Origin: Eledone cirrhosa | Lineage: Eukaryota | Direction: 5' to 3' | DNA length: 64,000 nucleotides | Assembly: GCA_964016885.1 (NCBI GenBank) | Contig: OZ024741.1 | Location: 404,984,001 to 405,048,000, forward strand | Part shown: one piece after another, positions 62,501 through 64,000 of the stretch | How the letters are laid out: every line of letters starts with the position of its first letter | Position numbering within the stretch: the stretch's first letter is position 1 | Program-made: the position numbers and the translations under genes | Notes under the pieces: generated by a model | Seen by the model: the letters and a program-made list of their open reading frames with translations, nothing else | The model's database searches: none | What the model was told of the DNA's origin: nothing

Positions 62501-64000
62501 CTATTTTATAATTAATTGTGACAACCTTCACAACTATTTTATAATTAATTTTTACAGCTTTTCACAACTATTTTATAATTAATAATTAATTGTGACAACC
62601 TTCACATCTATTTTATAATTAATTTTTACAGATTTTCACAACTATTTTATAATTAATTGTGACAACCTTCACAACTATTTTATAATGAATTGTGACAACC
62701 GTCACAAGTATTTTATAATTAATTTTTACAGCTTTTCACAACTATTTTATAATTAATTGTGACAACCTTCACAACTATTTTATAATGAATTGTGACAACC
62801 TTCACAACTATTTTATAATTGATTTTTACAGCTTTTCACAACTATTTTATAATTGATTGTGACAACCTTCACAACTATTTTATAATTAATTGTGACAACC
62901 TTCACAACTATTTTATAATGAATCGTGACAACCTTCACAACTATTTTATAATTAATTGTGACAACCTTCACAACTATTTTATAATTAATTGTGACAAACT
63001 TCACAACTATTTTATAATTAATTTTTAAAGATTTTCACAACTATTTTATAATTAATTGTGACAACCTTCACAACTATTTTATAATTAATTGTGACAACCT
63101 TCAAAACTATTTTATAATTAATTGTGACAACCTTCATAACTATTTTATAATTAATTTTTACTGCTTTTCACAACTATTGTATAATTAATTCTGACAACCT
63201 TCACAACTATTTTATAATGAATCGTGACAACCTTCACAACTATTTTATAATGAATCGTGACAACCTTCACAACTATTTTATAATGAATTGTGACAACCTT
63301 CACAACTATTTTATAATGTATTGTGACAACCTTCACAACTATTTTATAATGAATTGTGACAATCTTCACAACTATTTTATAATTAATTTTTACAGCTTTT
63401 CACAACTATTTTATAATTAATTGTGACAACCTTCACAACTATTTTATAATTAATTGTGACAACCTTCACAACTATTTTATAATTAATTGTGACAAACTTC
63501 ACAACTATTTTATAATTGATTTTTACAGTTTTTCACAACTATTTTATAATTGATTGTGACAACCTTCACAACTATTTTATAATTAATTTTTAAAGATTTT
63601 CACAACTATTTGATAATGAATTGTGACAACCTTCACAACTATTTTATAATTAATCGTGACAACCTTCACAACTATTTTATAATTAATTGTGACAACCTTC
63701 ACAACTATTTTATAATTAATTGTGACAACCTTCAAAACTATTTGATAATTAATTGTGACAACCTTCATAACTATTTTATAATTAATTTTTACTGCTTTTC
63801 ACAACTATTTTATAAATAATTGTGACAACATTCACAACTATTTTATAATTAATTTTTACAGCTTTTCACAACTATTTTATAATGAATTGTGACAAACTTC
63901 ACAACTATTTTATAATTAATTTTTACAGCTTTTCACAACTATTTTATAATTAATTGTGACAACCTTCACAACTATTTTATAATTAATTTTTTCAGCTTTT
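44520..64000. repeat. Large higher-order repeat in about three copies (offsets 6734 and 8376-9375 bp) with a nested 2073-bp duplication
   Basis: ORF pairs 45108/51842, 45608/52342, 46071/52805, 47703/54437 and 48041/54775 are all 6734 apart. 52342/60718 and 54437/62813 are 8376 apart, 49714/59089 and 51044/60419 are 9375 apart, and 54437/56510 and 54775/56848 are 2073 apart. Confidence 0.88.

Larger units (their letters stand above)
1..64000. repeat. Tandem satellite array of 33-bp (A) and 34-bp (B) monomers, open at both window ends
   Basis: The core TTCACAACTATTTTATAAT recurs every 33-34 bp from the first to the last line. A ends in KAATTGTGACAACC and B ends in TAATTTTTACAGCTT (variants ACAGATT, AAAGATT, TCAGCTT, ACTGCTT, AAAGGTT). 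No inversion or unique insert seen. Confidence 0.99.
33000..64000. repeat. Right higher-order-repeat domain with larger and more variant-rich units
   Basis: Markers are TTTGATAAT, AATCGTGAC, ACTGCTTTT, AAAGGTTTTCACAGC, ATGTATTG, CCGTCAC and a 7-bp internal duplication. No GATTGTCAC seen after 32819. Confidence 0.85.

Noticed and set aside
386-63819. All ORFs in the track (NCDNLHNYFII/M repeats on +, KIVVKVVTINY/IHY repeats on -)
   Set aside because: 33 bp is 11 codons, so any A-run is open on both strands. The ORFs end at or just after a frame-shifting 34-bp B unit, overlap antisense to each other, and have no ribosome-binding site or unique domain.
1-64000. CRISPR array (33-34 bp partly palindromic repeats)
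   Set aside because: There are no unique spacers, leader or cas genes. The variable segment has only two main states.
1-64000. Telomerase-type repeat, or sequencing / rolling-circle artefact
   Set aside because: There is no short G-rich unit. Variants are inherited in multi-kb blocks at several different periods, which fits recombinational satellite evolution rather than noise or copying of one circle.
1-64000. Intrinsic terminators (hairpin plus T-run)
   Set aside because: The stems are short and AT-rich, and there is no upstream gene.

Overview
The whole 64-kb window is one uninterrupted, head-to-tail, single-orientation AT-rich tandem array (about 22-23% GC, estimated from the consensus monomers). 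It holds about 1,900 monomers (64000/33.3) of two classes. A is 33 bp (TTCACAACTATTTTATAATKAATTGTGACAACC, roughly two thirds of units) and B is 34 bp (TTCACAACTATTTTATAATTAATTTTTACAGCTT, roughly one third). I see no unique sequence, real gene, RNA gene, transposon or CRISPR spacer. All listed ORFs are by-products of runs of the 33-bp monomer. Shared point variants show nested higher-order duplications (1.2-9.4 kb offsets) and a left-to-right change of variant lineage with a mixed zone at about 25-33 kb. The default reading is eukaryotic satellite DNA (centromeric or heterochromatic type); the host cannot be determined from the window. The most unusual property is the motif content. An A unit followed by the next monomer spells TTGTGA-N6-TCACAA (CRP core, one mismatch from the Rex operator). 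A B unit followed by the next monomer spells TTTACA-N17-TATAAT (sigma70-like promoter). In an A-B pair the dyad is centred at -61.5 from the predicted start. This may be coincidence in AT-rich palindromic DNA and matters only if the source is prokaryotic or viral.
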